NCBI GenBank assembly: GCA_016871615.1
Contig: VHCX01000002.1
Span: 12,935-76,934 of the forward strand
Length of the DNA: 64,000 bases
DNA from: Verrucomicrobiota bacterium
Lineage (GTDB): Bacteria; Verrucomicrobiota; Verrucomicrobiia; Limisphaerales; UBA9464
Direction: 5' to 3'
The notes under the pieces are model-generated. The model saw nothing but the letters and a program-made list of their open reading frames with translations, was not told where the DNA came from and searched no databases. Of the stretch, positions 20,548 to 29,961 are shown piece after piece; within the stretch, counting starts at the first letter, position 1; the number at the start of each line of letters is the position of its first letter. The translations under genes and the position numbers were made by a program.

Positions 20548-20613
20548 CCACCGAACCTACCCGTTACCCCGGGGGTTCGGCAATGGTCCAAACCGATTCC
20601 AGGGCGATACGGC

Positions 20614-22596
20614 TCAGAGGTCGCCGCAGCAGGTACCGAGGCCGTCCGGGCCATCCTGATGTTCCTCAGGTACGCAGGCGAGTCCGGAGTCCTGCGCAGG
20701 TCGGCCCGGGGCCGACAGGCGCCTTAGGAACAGGCTCAGCACGGAAAGATCGGCCGGGGTCACCCCGCTGATGCGGCCGGCCTGGCCCAGGGTCGAGGGT
20801 CGAAGCGAGAGGAGTTTGGTCCGGGCTTCTGAGCGGAGGCTGGGCACCTGCTGGTAGTCGAGGGTGGCTGGAATCCGCTGTTCCTCCCAGAGGCGCATCC
20901 GTTCCACCTCGGCCTCCTGGCGGTCGATGTAGCCGGCATACTTGAGCGCGATCTGGACCTGGAGCGCGACGTCCTCGGAGAGATCGGATCGCCGACCCGG
21001 GAGGCTCGCGTAGTCGACCTCGGGCCGCTTGAGCAGATCCGAGAGGAGGTCCTGTCCATGCCGCGCGGCGTGGAGTCGGTCGATTTCGGCCTGGATGCTG
21101 CGAGCCTTGGCCTGGAAGCGCTCAAACGTTCGGGCCGGCAAGAGGCCGATGTCATGGCCGATGGGGCTGAGTCGCTGGTCTGCATTGTCCTGACGGAGCA
21201 GCAGGCGGTATTCGGCGCGGCTGGTGAACATGCGGTAGGGTTCCTGCGTGCCCTTGGTCACGAGGTCGTCGATCAACACCCCGATGTAGGCCTGGTCCCG
21301 CCGCAGGACGACCGGCTCCCGGCCCTGGACCCGCCGCGCGGCATTGATCCCGGCCAACAGTCCCTGGGCGGCGGCCTCCTCGTAGCCGGAGGTGCCGTTG
21401 ATCTGTCCGGCCAGGAACAGATTCTGGCAGCACTTGGCCTCCAAGCTGGGCAGCAGGAGCGTTGGATCCGAGAAGTCGTATTCCACCGCATAGGCCGGAC
21501 GAAGGATCTCCGCGCGCTCGCATCCGGCAATGGATCGCACCATCCCGACCTGGACCTCGAACGGGAGGCAGGTGGAGAACCCATTGACGTAAATCTCGTC
21601 GGTGGCGATGCCCTCGGGTTCGAGGAAGATCTGGTGCCGGGGCTTGTCGGCAAAGCGGACGAACTTGTCCTCGATGCTGGGGCAGTACCGGGGGCCCACG
21701 CCCTCGATGACGCCGGAGTACATGGGGGACCGGTGGAGGTTCCGCATCACCAGGTCCCTCGTGGAATCGGTGGTGTGGGTGAGATGACAAACGGCCTGAC
21801 CTCCGTGGCGGGCGAGGATCGATCCGGGTGGGTAAGCAGGATTCGAGGGTTGGCCGTTGGGATGTTCCACGTGGAACAATGGATCCTCCCAGAGATCCTC
21901 CTTCCAGTAGGTGAACCAGGGAACGGGCTCATGACCGCGCTGGACCTCCATCCGATGGAAATCGATCGAGGAGCGCACCAGGCGGGGGGGTGTGCCGGTC
22001 TTGAGCCGGCCCAATCGGAGACCGATCTCGGCCAAGGATCCGGAAAGGCTCATCGCGGCCGATTCGCCGGCCCGGCCTCCGGGCTGCTGATGGGAACCGA
22101 TGTGCATCAGGCCCCGGAGAAACGTGCCGGTGGTGACCACGACGGTCTGTCCCAGGAACTGCACCTCCATCGACGTTTCGACGCCGAGAACCCGGCCATC
22201 GCCATGAACCAAGCGGATCGTCTGGGCCTGCTTGCAGTCCAGCCGGGCCTGGCGCTCGCAGACCCACTTCAAACGGAACTGGTAGGCCTTCTTGTCACAT
22301 TGGGCCCTGGGCGCCCAGACCGAGGGCCCCTTTTTGGTGTTCAACATGCGGAACTGAAGCCCGCAAAGATCGGTGGTCTTGCCCATCTCGCCGCCCAGGG
22401 CATCGATTTCCCGGGCGAGGTGGCCCTTGGCCAACCCACCAACCGCCGGGTTGCACGACATCTGTCCGATGGTGTCGAGGTGGATGGTGAGCAGGAGGGT
22501 TTCACATCCCATCCGTGCGGCGGCCAGCGCCGCCTCGACGCCAGCATGCCCCGCCCCGACGACGATGACATCGTATCGCTTCGGATAGATGAACAT
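20614..22596 (-). CDS. mnmG: tRNA uridine-5-carboxymethylaminomethyl synthesis enzyme MnmG (GidA)
   Basis: [31 protein letters not shown]... (FAD dinucleotide fold) with full-length MnmG similarity. Start set at ATG 22596. The 205 upstream codons of the track ORF are non-coding-like. Confidence 0.95.
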   Translation of the reverse strand: MFIYPKRYDVIVVGAGHAGVEAALAAARMGCETLLLTIHLDTIGQMSCNPAVGGLAKGHLAREIDALGGEMGKTTDLCGLQFRMLNTKKGPSVWAPRAQCDKKAYQFRLKWVCERQARLDCKQAQTIRLVHGDGRVLGVETSMEVQFLGQTVVVTTGTFLRGLMHIGSHQQPGGRAGESAAMSLSGSLAEIGLRLGRLKTGTPPRLVRSSIDFHRMEVQRGHEPVPWFTYWKEDLWEDPLFHVEHPNGQPSNPAYPPGSILARHGGQAVCHLTHTTDSTRDLVMRNLHRSPMYSGVIEGVGPRYCPSIEDKFVRFADKPRHQIFLEPEGIATDEIYVNGFSTCLPFEVQVGMVRSIAGCERAEILRPAYAVEYDFSDPTLLLPSLEAKCCQNLFLAGQINGTSGYEEAAAQGLLAGINAARRVQGREPVVLRRDQAYIGVLIDDLVTKGTQEPYRMFTSRAEYRLLLRQDNADQRLSPIGHDIGLLPARTFERFQAKARSIQAEIDRLHAARHGQDLLSDLLKRPEVDYASLPGRRSDLSEDVALQVQIALKYAGYIDRQEAEVERMRLWEEQRIPATLDYQQVPSLRSEARTKLLSLRPSTLGQAGRISGVTPADLSVLSLFLRRLSAPGRPAQDSGLACVPEEHQDGPDGLGTCCGDL

Positions 22597-23274
22597 GGCC
22601 GAAGGGTATCGATCGGTTTCGGGATCATCAATCCCTAGTCGTTGGCATCCCTTCAGGGATCCATGGAGACTACGATCAAGAAACCAAAAACAATAACGAT
22701 AAAGATTTAAATAAATCGGCAGATTTGAAGGGTCAACGATACCGACGGTGTATTTCTCCCCCTGATTCTGGCCGTTCCGAAGGGCTTTCCCGCCCAACCC
22801 CCGGGTCGGTGGTCGGGCGGTTGCATCCGGGCATCGCCTGGAGGCGGGCGCGATCCGGGGTCCTGGATAGGGTGGGGTCGCTGGCGGGCGATGCCGGTGG
22901 CGGTAGCAGGGATGGATCAGCCCGGGCGGCCGGTCGTTCAGGGTGGTCGTTCCATCTTTCGGTCGTCGCTGGCCCCTTGGGCTTTTCGTCCGCATCGGCC
23001 GCCCCAGCGGCCCCCCGGGGTCGTGGGCTTGTCGCCACGGACGGATTTCGGGACTTGCCAAGATCGATGGATGAGCGCACACTTCCCCCGAATAGGCCAA
23101 AGGATCTCCCGGGATTTGAACCTTAGACTCTGGAGTCGGCGTCCGTCCGTGCGCCGGAAGCGGTTGTCGGCAGGATTTCCGGGACCTTGGGAGCTGACGG
23201 CAGGCGTCCATCCACCTACCGAGAGTTTACATTCAGAAATTCACATTCCAAAACAATCGTACTCCAATCCATCC

Positions 23275-23574
23275 ATGAAACTCATCGTTGCCATCGCGGC
23301 CCTGGCCGCCTTCTCCTCCGCGGCCCTGGCCAAGGAAGTCACCCTCACCGGCGAGGGCAAGTGCCTGAAGTGCGCCCTCAAGAAGGCCGACAAGTGCCAG
23401 AACGTGGTCGAGGTCAAGGACGGCGACAAGACCGCCACCTACAAGCTCACCGGGGATGTTTCCAAGGGCTTCCACGGCGAGATCTGCAGCCAGACCAAGA
23501 AAGTCAAGGTCACCGGCACACTCGACAAGGAGCACGGTGAACTGGCGGTGACCAAGATCGAGGCCGTCAAGTAA
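23275..23574 (+). CDS. small secreted Cys-containing protein (conserved small PVC-type family, function unknown)
   Basis: 99 aa with signal peptide MKLIVAIAALAAFSSAALA. The mature part TLTGEGKCLKCALKKADKCQNVVEVKDGDKTATYKLTG...FHGEICSQ has 4 Cys, including a CxxC. It is followed by a strong terminator. Confidence 0.7.
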   Translation: MKLIVAIAALAAFSSAALAKEVTLTGEGKCLKCALKKADKCQNVVEVKDGDKTATYKLTGDVSKGFHGEICSQTKKVKVTGTLDKEHGELAVTKIEAVK

Positions 23575-23647
23575 GACTGCCTCCCCGGTCCGGGACCAAT
23601 CCATTAGCCCCGGGGTGAGACCCCCGCGGCGGCGGCTCTTGCGATTT

Positions 23648-23680
23648 GTCGACTCCGATGTCGACTCCGATGTCGAAACC
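23648..23680. repeat. 12-nt tandem repeat (gtcgactccgat x2 plus partial gtcgaaacc)
   Basis: Read directly, between the small secreted protein gene and its terminator. Confidence 0.9.
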
Positions 23681-23688
23681 AACCTAGC

Positions 23689-23724
23689 CACATTGGCCCC
23701 CGTAGCCGGGGGCCAATGTGTTTT
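23689..23724 (+). terminator. Rho-independent terminator
   Basis: Perfect 13-bp stem cacattggccccc / gggggccaatgtg with loop gtagcc, immediately followed by TTTT. It lies 115 nt downstream of the 23275-23574 gene. Confidence 0.75.
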
Positions 23725-23830
23725 CAGGCTCTTGGAATTTCAGGCTCCTAGCATTCCGGTTCCGGGGTCCGGTCGCGTGGGCGCTTGGCCGAGTCGAGCG
23801 GTCGGGTGAACCACCTCCCTCCCGGAACCT

Positions 23831-23904
23831 TGGTAGGCCGACATGGATTCGAACCATGACTAAGGGCTTCAAAGACCCCTGTGCTGCCATTACACCATCG
23901 GCCT
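23831..23904 (-). tRNA. tRNA-Gln (anticodon UUG), CCA encoded
   Basis: The minus strand folds as a cloverleaf. Acceptor AGGCCGA/TCGGCCT, D-stem GTGT/GCAC, anticodon stem GGGGT/GCCCT with loop CTTTGAA (TTG), T-arm CATGG-TTCGAAT-CCATG, discriminator A, CCA. 74 nt. Confidence 0.93.
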
Positions 23905-23992
23905 GACCGAGCCAAATCCTAGGGCTTTCCCGTCGGGGCTGAAAGTCAAATTCGTCCGCCCAAAGCGCCACCCTCGCGGCCCAGCGACCACC

Positions 23993-25075
23993 GTGACCTC
24001 CTCCGATCCCCTTCCGCCCCCCATCGATCCCGGTTCGATGCAGCCCGTGCCGCCCACCGGCCCGCGCCGGTGGGCGAAGCTCGCCATTGCCGCGGGCCTC
24101 TTCGGGCTCCCGTCGTCGATCCTGGTCCTCGTGTTGCCGGGTTGGCTCTTCCAGCGGCTGGTCGCCTTCGAGATGGAAGGGGTGGGGCCCGTCTTCGGGA
24201 CGCTCTTCGTCGCCGTCTGGGCAGGATTCGTGGGCGGCATCCTCGGCGGTCTGGGCGTGCGGCATCATCAGGGGCCGGAACCGCTTCGGCGGGGTCGCGC
24301 CGGAGCCTTCCTGGCCTCGACCGGATCAAGGGCGCTCCTGATGGTCGTTGCCGGCGCGCTGGGATCGGTGGTTCTGGGCCGGGGAGGGGAACCGGCCGGG
24401 GAACCGGAGTTCCTGTGGCCGCGATGGATTGCCGGGTTGGCTGCGACCCTCCTGGTGGCAGGGCTTTACCTCAGGGCGCGCCACCGTGCGCTGGGCCGGG
24501 CGCGTTCCGGCCGCGGTTGGTGGGTCTTCGCCGGAGGAATCCTGCTCCATCTCCTGCTCATCGCGGCACTGCCGGTCTCGTTCTTCCAGGCCTTCGCCAC
24601 GTTCCGGCCGGAGGTGGTCCGCGGGGGCGGACAGAATCGGCGTTACGAAGGCCCGAGGGAGCCGGGCTCCTATGCCCAGCGTTCATTGCGACTGGTGGTC
24701 CCGGAAGGGGTCCGGGTGCGATGGATCCTACGGCTCTGGGAGGGGGGAAACCCCCGGGAACTGGACCGCTGGGAGGTGGACGGCCAGACGGTCGTGCCCC
24801 TGGAGTGGTTCCTGCCTGAGGACCCCGCGAACACCGGGGAACTGAGGCTCCGCCAGGCGGGCCCTTCGGCTTCCCACCAAAGAAGCTGGCCGGTCGGGCT
24901 GCCGACGGGGGCGGACCTTGCCCCGGTCATCGAGCCTGCGACGCTGCGGATCCAGGGCGGATCGAAGACCAACCTGTGGCTCTTCCAGGACTTCTCCGAC
25001 AGCGTGCCCCTGGGTCCGGAGGCGCGGCCGGCGCGGGCGATCGAGCTTCGGGTCGAATCCGAGGCCCGGCCCTGA
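23993..25075 (+). CDS. hypothetical polytopic membrane protein
   Basis: 360 aa with about 5 hydrophobic helices in the first 200 aa (LAIAAGLFGLPSSILVLVLPGWL, VFGTLFVAVWAGFVGGILGGL, LLMVVAGALGSVVL, IAGLAATLLVAGLYL, VFAGGILLHLLLIAALP), then a soluble C-terminal domain. No recognisable motif. Alternative start ATG 24038. Confidence 0.5.
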   Translation: MTSSDPLPPPIDPGSMQPVPPTGPRRWAKLAIAAGLFGLPSSILVLVLPGWLFQRLVAFEMEGVGPVFGTLFVAVWAGFVGGILGGLGVRHHQGPEPLRRGRAGAFLASTGSRALLMVVAGALGSVVLGRGGEPAGEPEFLWPRWIAGLAATLLVAGLYLRARHRALGRARSGRGWWVFAGGILLHLLLIAALPVSFFQAFATFRPEVVRGGGQNRRYEGPREPGSYAQRSLRLVVPEGVRVRWILRLWEGGNPRELDRWEVDGQTVVPLEWFLPEDPANTGELRLRQAGPSASHQRSWPVGLPTGADLAPVIEPATLRIQGGSKTNLWLFQDFSDSVPLGPEARPARAIELRVESEARP

Positions 25076-25107
25076 GCCCGCCGCCTGGCCCAGCAGCCCC
25101 GAGGCCC

Positions 25108-25566
25108 TTACCGGGACAGTTCCTCGATGGCCTTGCGGCAGTACCAGGCCACGGCCCCGCTCATCGGCGGCTCAAGCGCCAGGAGCTCGTCCGGGGAACA
25201 CCACCGGATGTCGAGATGCTCCTCCGCGGCCAGCGCCAGCGAACCACCGGTCGGCCGGGCAAAATAGATCAGGCCGATGTGCTCGTGGGTCGGGGAGATC
25301 CGGTGGATGTCGAGGAACCGCGGAGCGATCAGCGCACGGGTGCCTGGTTCGGTCGTGGGAGGGCGTTCACCGACCAGCTCGATGTCGTAGCCGCTCTCCT
25401 CCCGCGCTTCGCGATTGGCGGCCTGCTCCGGGTCTTCGTCCAGTTCGATGTGGCCTCCGATCGGCAGCCACTTGCCGAGCTTCCGGTGGAGGACCACCAG
25501 CACGCGGGCCTCCTGGACGAGGAAGACGGCGACGGTGAAATCGATCTTCTCATGCAGATGCGGCAT
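25108..25566 (-). CDS. NUDIX hydrolase
   Basis: Nudix box GGHIELDEDPEQAANREAREESGYDI (Gx5Ex7REUxEExGU); 152 aa. Confidence 0.85.
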   Translation of the reverse strand: MPHLHEKIDFTVAVFLVQEARVLVVLHRKLGKWLPIGGHIELDEDPEQAANREAREESGYDIELVGERPPTTEPGTRALIAPRFLDIHRISPTHEHIGLIYFARPTGGSLALAAEEHLDIRWCSPDELLALEPPMSGAVAWYCRKAIEELSR

Positions 25567-25701
25567 CGTGAGATGGAGGTTCGGACCGCACCCGTGTCCC
25601 GGTCAACCGTAACCGCCCGCGCCCCGGGGTGGTCTCCATCGACGACCAAGGGGTCCGAGCACCCCGCCACCCGACCGCGCCACCACACACCATCCATCGC
25701 C

Positions 25702-26292
25702 ATGAACCGTTCCTCGCTAGCCTCGATGTTGGCCGCCTGCGGCCTGATCCTCGCCACCACCACCGGGTCGCTCCTGGCCCAGAACGACGCGCCGCCGGCC
25801 CCGCAGGGAGGCGGTGGCGGTCAGGGCGGCCCCGGGGGTCGTCAGGGCCGCGGCAACTGGGATCCGGAGCAGATGCGCCAGCGCGTGATGGAGCGCATCC
25901 GCGAGCAGCTCGCCATCAAGGACGATGCCGAGTGGGGGCTCATCGAGGCCCGCATCAAGAAGATCACCGATTCCCGCATGGGCATGGGCCGCTGGTTTGG
26001 CGGTTTTGGTGGAGGCCCGGGCGGCGGCCCTGGAGGTACGGGTGGTTCGGGTGGCCCCGGTGGGGGCCGTCAGGGTCGCAGCGGGTTTGGCCAGCCCAAC
26101 CCGGATGCCGAGGCGCTGCAGACGGCGCTCGATTCGGGAGCCTCGGCCGATGACGTCAAGGCCAAGCTCTCGGCCTACCGGGCCGCGGCCAAGCAGAAGG
26201 AGGCCCAGCTTGAGAAGGCCCACGACGAGCTCCGGGCGCTCCTCTCCGTCAAGCAGGAGGCCCGTGCGGTGCTGCTGGGCCTGCTGAAGTAA
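25702..26292 (+). CDS. secreted Gly-rich helical protein (Spy/CpxP-like layout)
   Basis: Signal peptide MNRSSLASMLAACGLILATTTGSLLAQ. Two Gly-rich tracts (GGGGGQGGPGGRQGRG; GGFGGGPGGGPGGTGGSGGPGGGRQGRSGFG) separate helical segments, with an LTxxQ-like LSVKQ near the C-terminus. Function is inferred only from layout. Confidence 0.55.
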   Translation: MNRSSLASMLAACGLILATTTGSLLAQNDAPPAPQGGGGGQGGPGGRQGRGNWDPEQMRQRVMERIREQLAIKDDAEWGLIEARIKKITDSRMGMGRWFGGFGGGPGGGPGGTGGSGGPGGGRQGRSGFGQPNPDAEALQTALDSGASADDVKAKLSAYRAAAKQKEAQLEKAHDELRALLSVKQEARAVLLGLLK

Positions 26293-26425
26293 CGGTCCCA
26301 CCGGTCGACGACCCCGGGAGGGGCTTCCGGAGGAACGGCGCGCTGGCTCGGCCCGCCGATGCCCCGGGAGCCACCTCCCGGTCCCATTCCCGGGGCCCAC
26401 CGATCCTGATCCAACCACGCCCTCG

Positions 26426-28228
26426 ATGGCCGAACCTTCCACACCCACCCGGACGCTCCTCGACCAGATGATCGCGGAGCACCAGCTCTCGCCGACCGAC
26501 GCCGAGGCGTTCCAGGGTTCCCGGTCCCGCTTGCCGGCCGTCGATGGCGCCACTGCTCCCGACATCGCCGAGCGTGAGGTCCTCGAGTGGCTGGCCGGAG
26601 AATACGGGGTGGCCTTCCTCGCGCTCGACTCGGTCGAGGCCGACCGGGAGGTCCTCGGGCTCTTTCCCGCCCGCATCCTGCTCAAGGAGGAGTTGCTGCC
26701 GCTGCGGCGCGACCAGGGCTCGGTCGAGATCGCCACCTGCCGGCTCTTCTCCAACCGCGGCATCGACACGCTGCGCTCGCTCACCGGCCTGCGCCTGAAG
26801 CGGGTCCTGTGCCCTCGCGAGGCGCTGCTGCGCGAGATGAAGAAGAACCTCGGCGTGGGTGCCGACACCATCGGCGCGCTCGACGAGGAGAAGTCCGTCC
26901 AGGTGGTCGAGGAGGTCCGCGACGAATCGAACCTCGACGCCGGTGCCGAGGACGAGGCGTCGATCATCCGTTTCGTAAACCAGGTGCTCAAGGACGCCAT
27001 CGAGCTGCGCGCCTCGGACATCCATCTCGAGCCCTTCGAGCACGAGTTCCGCATCCGCTACCGCATCGACGGCGAGCTACAGGAGATCCCGCTGCCGGCC
27101 CAGCTCAAGCAGTTCCAGCCGGCGATCGTCTCCCGAGTCAAGATCCTCAGCCACCTGAACATCGCCGAGAAGCGCCTGCCGCAGGACGGTCGCATCAGGG
27201 TGCGCATCGAGAACACCGAGGTGGACATCCGTGTCTCAATCATCCCCATGCTGCATGGCGAGGCGGTGGTCATGCGCCTCCTGCGGCAGAACTCCACCCT
27301 GCGCGGCCTCTCGGAGATCGGGCTCGGTCCGCGCGAGCTGGAGTGCTTCCGGCGCGTGCTCGACCTGCCCCACGGCATCGTGCTGGTGACCGGCCCGACC
27401 GGCAGCGGCAAGACATCCACGCTCTACACGGCGCTCAACGAGATCAACGACGAGGTCCGCAAGATCATCACCATCGAGGACCCGGTCGAGTACCAGCTCC
27501 GGGGCGTCAACCAGATCCAGGTCTCCGAGAAGGCCGGGCTGACCTTCGCGCGTGGCCTGCGTTCCATCCTGCGCCACGATCCCGACGTGGTCCTCATCGG
27601 CGAGATCCGCGACCGGGAGACCGCGCAGATCGCCGTGCAGGCCTCGCTCACCGGTCACCTGGTCTTCTCCACGCTGCACACCAACGACGCACCCGGCTCG
27701 GTCACCCGCCTGGTGGACATGGGGGTCGAGCCCTACCTGGTGGCCTCGTCGCTCGAGGCGGTGCTCGCCCAGCGCCTCGTGCGCGTGCTCTGTCCCAAGT
27801 GCAAGGAGCCAGACACATCGGCCAACGCCCGGGCCTTCCGGTCCCGCATGGGGATTGCGCCGGATACGCCGCTCTTCCGGGCCGTCGGCTGCCGCAATTG
27901 CCGGCAGACCGGCTTCAACGGGCGGCACGCCATTTTCGAGTGGATGGACACCGACGAGACGATCCGCCGGCTCATCCTCGAGGGCGCCTCCACCGACCAG
28001 ATCCGGGCGGCCGCCCGCGCTGGCGGCATGCGCACGCTGGCCGAGGATGGCTGGCGGCTCGTGGCCCAGGGCATCACCACGGTCGAGGAGGTGCTGGGAG
28101 TCACCACCGACAAGGAGAGCCCCCGGCCCGCCGCGGGCGAGGCCGAGGATTCCTCCGGTGAGCCCGGGGTCCCGGGTGACGACACGGCCCCCGGCTCCGC
28201 CTCCCGGTCCACCGCCGTCCGCCCCTGA
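26426..28228 (+). CDS. gspE: type II secretion ATPase GspE
   Basis: 600 aa. It has an N-terminal T2SSE_N-like domain, Walker A GPTGSGKTST, Asp/His boxes (PDVVLIGEIRD, TGHLVFSTLHTN) and the tetracysteine CPKC...CRNC. Confidence 0.93.
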   Translation: MAEPSTPTRTLLDQMIAEHQLSPTDAEAFQGSRSRLPAVDGATAPDIAEREVLEWLAGEYGVAFLALDSVEADREVLGLFPARILLKEELLPLRRDQGSVEIATCRLFSNRGIDTLRSLTGLRLKRVLCPREALLREMKKNLGVGADTIGALDEEKSVQVVEEVRDESNLDAGAEDEASIIRFVNQVLKDAIELRASDIHLEPFEHEFRIRYRIDGELQEIPLPAQLKQFQPAIVSRVKILSHLNIAEKRLPQDGRIRVRIENTEVDIRVSIIPMLHGEAVVMRLLRQNSTLRGLSEIGLGPRELECFRRVLDLPHGIVLVTGPTGSGKTSTLYTALNEINDEVRKIITIEDPVEYQLRGVNQIQVSEKAGLTFARGLRSILRHDPDVVLIGEIRDRETAQIAVQASLTGHLVFSTLHTNDAPGSVTRLVDMGVEPYLVASSLEAVLAQRLVRVLCPKCKEPDTSANARAFRSRMGIAPDTPLFRAVGCRNCRQTGFNGRHAIFEWMDTDETIRRLILEGASTDQIRAAARAGGMRTLAEDGWRLVAQGITTVEEVLGVTTDKESPRPAAGEAEDSSGEPGVPGDDTAPGSASRSTAVRP

Positions 28229-28231
28229 CCC

Positions 28232-29497
28232 ATGGCCACCTTCTCGTACCGGGCCCTGCAGGCCGATGGCGGCATGGCCGAGGGCCTCACCGAGGCGGCC
28301 AGCCGGCCGGAGGCTGTGCGGTCGCTCGAGGCCAAGGGGTTGCGCCCGGTGCGTGTCGTCGAGGCCCGAACGGGAGCCTCTGCAGCGTTGTCGTCGCGGG
28401 CGGGCGGATCGGCCAAGGCCGGGTCGGCGGGCCTTCCGGGCTTCTCCCTGGGCGGGGCCACGGTGAGCTCGGCCGAGCTGGAGAACTTCACCCGCCTGCT
28501 CTCCAGCCTCCTGGCCGCAGGCGTGCCCCTGAGCCGGGCGCTGACCATCCTCGGCAAGGAAGCCTCCTCGCCGGCGGCCGCCGCGAAGTGGCAGGAGATC
28601 CATGGCCTGGTGGTCGACGGCATGTCGCTGGCCCAAGCCATGGCCCGCTCGCCGGACACCTTCCCCAAGGTCTACACCGCCATGGTCGAGGCCGGCGAGG
28701 CCGGCGGCTTCCTCGATGTGGTGCTGGCCCAGATCGCCGACTTCCAGGCCCGCGAGAAGGAACTCCGATCCAAGGTGCTCACGGCGATGATCTACCCGGC
28801 GGTGTTGCTGGTGATGGCGCTGGTCGTTCTCACGGTTCTGCTGGTGTTCTTCATCCCCAAGTTCCAGAAGGTCTTCACCAGCGTGAAGGGTGCGCTGCCG
28901 CTGGTGACGCAGATCATCATCGCCGCCAGCGACCTGCTGAGGTCCTACGGCCTGCTGGTGCTCGGCGGCGCGGTGCTCGGGGCCTTCTTCCTGCGGACCT
29001 GGATCGTCTCGCCGGCCGGCCGCCGCATCTGGGAGGGGCTGACGCTGCAGGCCCCGGTGGTGGGCCCCTTGAGCGCACGGTTCGCCATGGCGCGGTTCTG
29101 CCGGATGCTCGGCACGCTCATCGGCGCGGACGTCCAGCTCGTGCAGGCGCTGAATGTCGCCCGGCGTTCCATCGGCAACCAGATCCTCGTCGACGCGGTG
29201 GCCCGCTCGATCGAGCAGGTGCAGCAGGGGGGCCGGTTGGGCCAGAGCCTCGCCGAGTGCCCGACACTCTTCAGCGGCTCGGTCATGGAGATGATCTCGG
29301 TCGCCGAGGAGAGCGGACGCCTGGACGTTGAATTGATCCGGATCGCCAACGTCACGGAAAGCGAGCTGGACCGCCGCCTCAAGACCGCCGTGGCGCTGGC
29401 CGAGCCGCTGCTACTGTTCCTGATCGCCGGTTTCATCGGCTTCATCTTCATCGGCATGCTGCTGCCGGTGTTCTCGCTCCAAGACTACATCAAGTGA
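28232..29497 (+). CDS. gspF: type II secretion inner-membrane platform protein GspF
   Basis: 421 aa with two T2SSF repeats (MVEAGEAGGFLDVVL and MISVAEESGRLDVEL) and 3 TM segments. It starts 3 nt after gspE and overlaps the gspG start (GTGA). Confidence 0.92.
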   Translation: MATFSYRALQADGGMAEGLTEAASRPEAVRSLEAKGLRPVRVVEARTGASAALSSRAGGSAKAGSAGLPGFSLGGATVSSAELENFTRLLSSLLAAGVPLSRALTILGKEASSPAAAAKWQEIHGLVVDGMSLAQAMARSPDTFPKVYTAMVEAGEAGGFLDVVLAQIADFQAREKELRSKVLTAMIYPAVLLVMALVVLTVLLVFFIPKFQKVFTSVKGALPLVTQIIIAASDLLRSYGLLVLGGAVLGAFFLRTWIVSPAGRRIWEGLTLQAPVVGPLSARFAMARFCRMLGTLIGADVQLVQALNVARRSIGNQILVDAVARSIEQVQQGGRLGQSLAECPTLFSGSVMEMISVAEESGRLDVELIRIANVTESELDRRLKTAVALAEPLLLFLIAGFIGFIFIGMLLPVFSLQDYIK

Positions 29498-29961
29498 TTG
29501 CCCACGATCCCATGAACCCCCACCCCCACCGCCGCCGTCCTGCCGCCTCCGGTCCCGACCGTCGCCGCTCGCGGGGCTTCACCCTGGTCGAGATGCTCCT
29601 GGTCATCACCATCATCGGCATCCTCGCCGCGCTGGTGGTGCCCAAGATGATGGGCCGCAGCGAGCAGGCCCGGCAGGCGGCCGCGCGGGCCGACATCGCC
29701 TCGATCAAGACGGCGCTCGACGCCTATGAGGTGGACAACGGCGGCTACCCCAAGGCGCTGGCGGACCTGCTCCAGGCGCCGAGGCAGGCGCGCAACTGGC
29801 GCGGGCCCTACCTCGACAAGATCCCGCAGGACCCCTGGGGCAACGAGTACCAGTTCGCGCAGCCGGGGCGGCAGAACGCCAACTCCTTCGACCTGTCGTC
29901 GATCGGACCGGATGGCAGGGCGGGGACGGAGGACGATTTTGGAAACTGGACGGCCAAGTGA
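29494..29961 (+). CDS. gspG: major pseudopilin GspG
   Basis: Prepilin motif RG/FTLVEMLLVITIIGILAALVVP and the GspG core ARADIASIKTALDAYEVDNGGYP...WRGPYL...DPWGNEYQ. Start is GTG 29494 or ATG 29512. Confidence 0.92.
   Translation: MIAHDPMNPHPHRRRPAASGPDRRRSRGFTLVEMLLVITIIGILAALVVPKMMGRSEQARQAAARADIASIKTALDAYEVDNGGYPKALADLLQAPRQARNWRGPYLDKIPQDPWGNEYQFAQPGRQNANSFDLSSIGPDGRAGTEDDFGNWTAK

Noticed and set aside
23105-23130. gggatttgaacc string, which reads GGTTCAAATCC (T-loop-like) on the minus strand and suggested a second tRNA or a tmRNA 3' end.
   Set aside because: The flanking bases cannot form a 5-bp T-stem (TAAGG versus CCCGG), and no acceptor or anticodon arms could be folded.
23831-23904. 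tRNA-Gln as an integration hotspot marking a genomic island.
   Set aside because: There is no integrase, no direct repeat of the tRNA 3' end and no compositional shift in the flanking genes. The neighbours are ordinary chromosomal genes.
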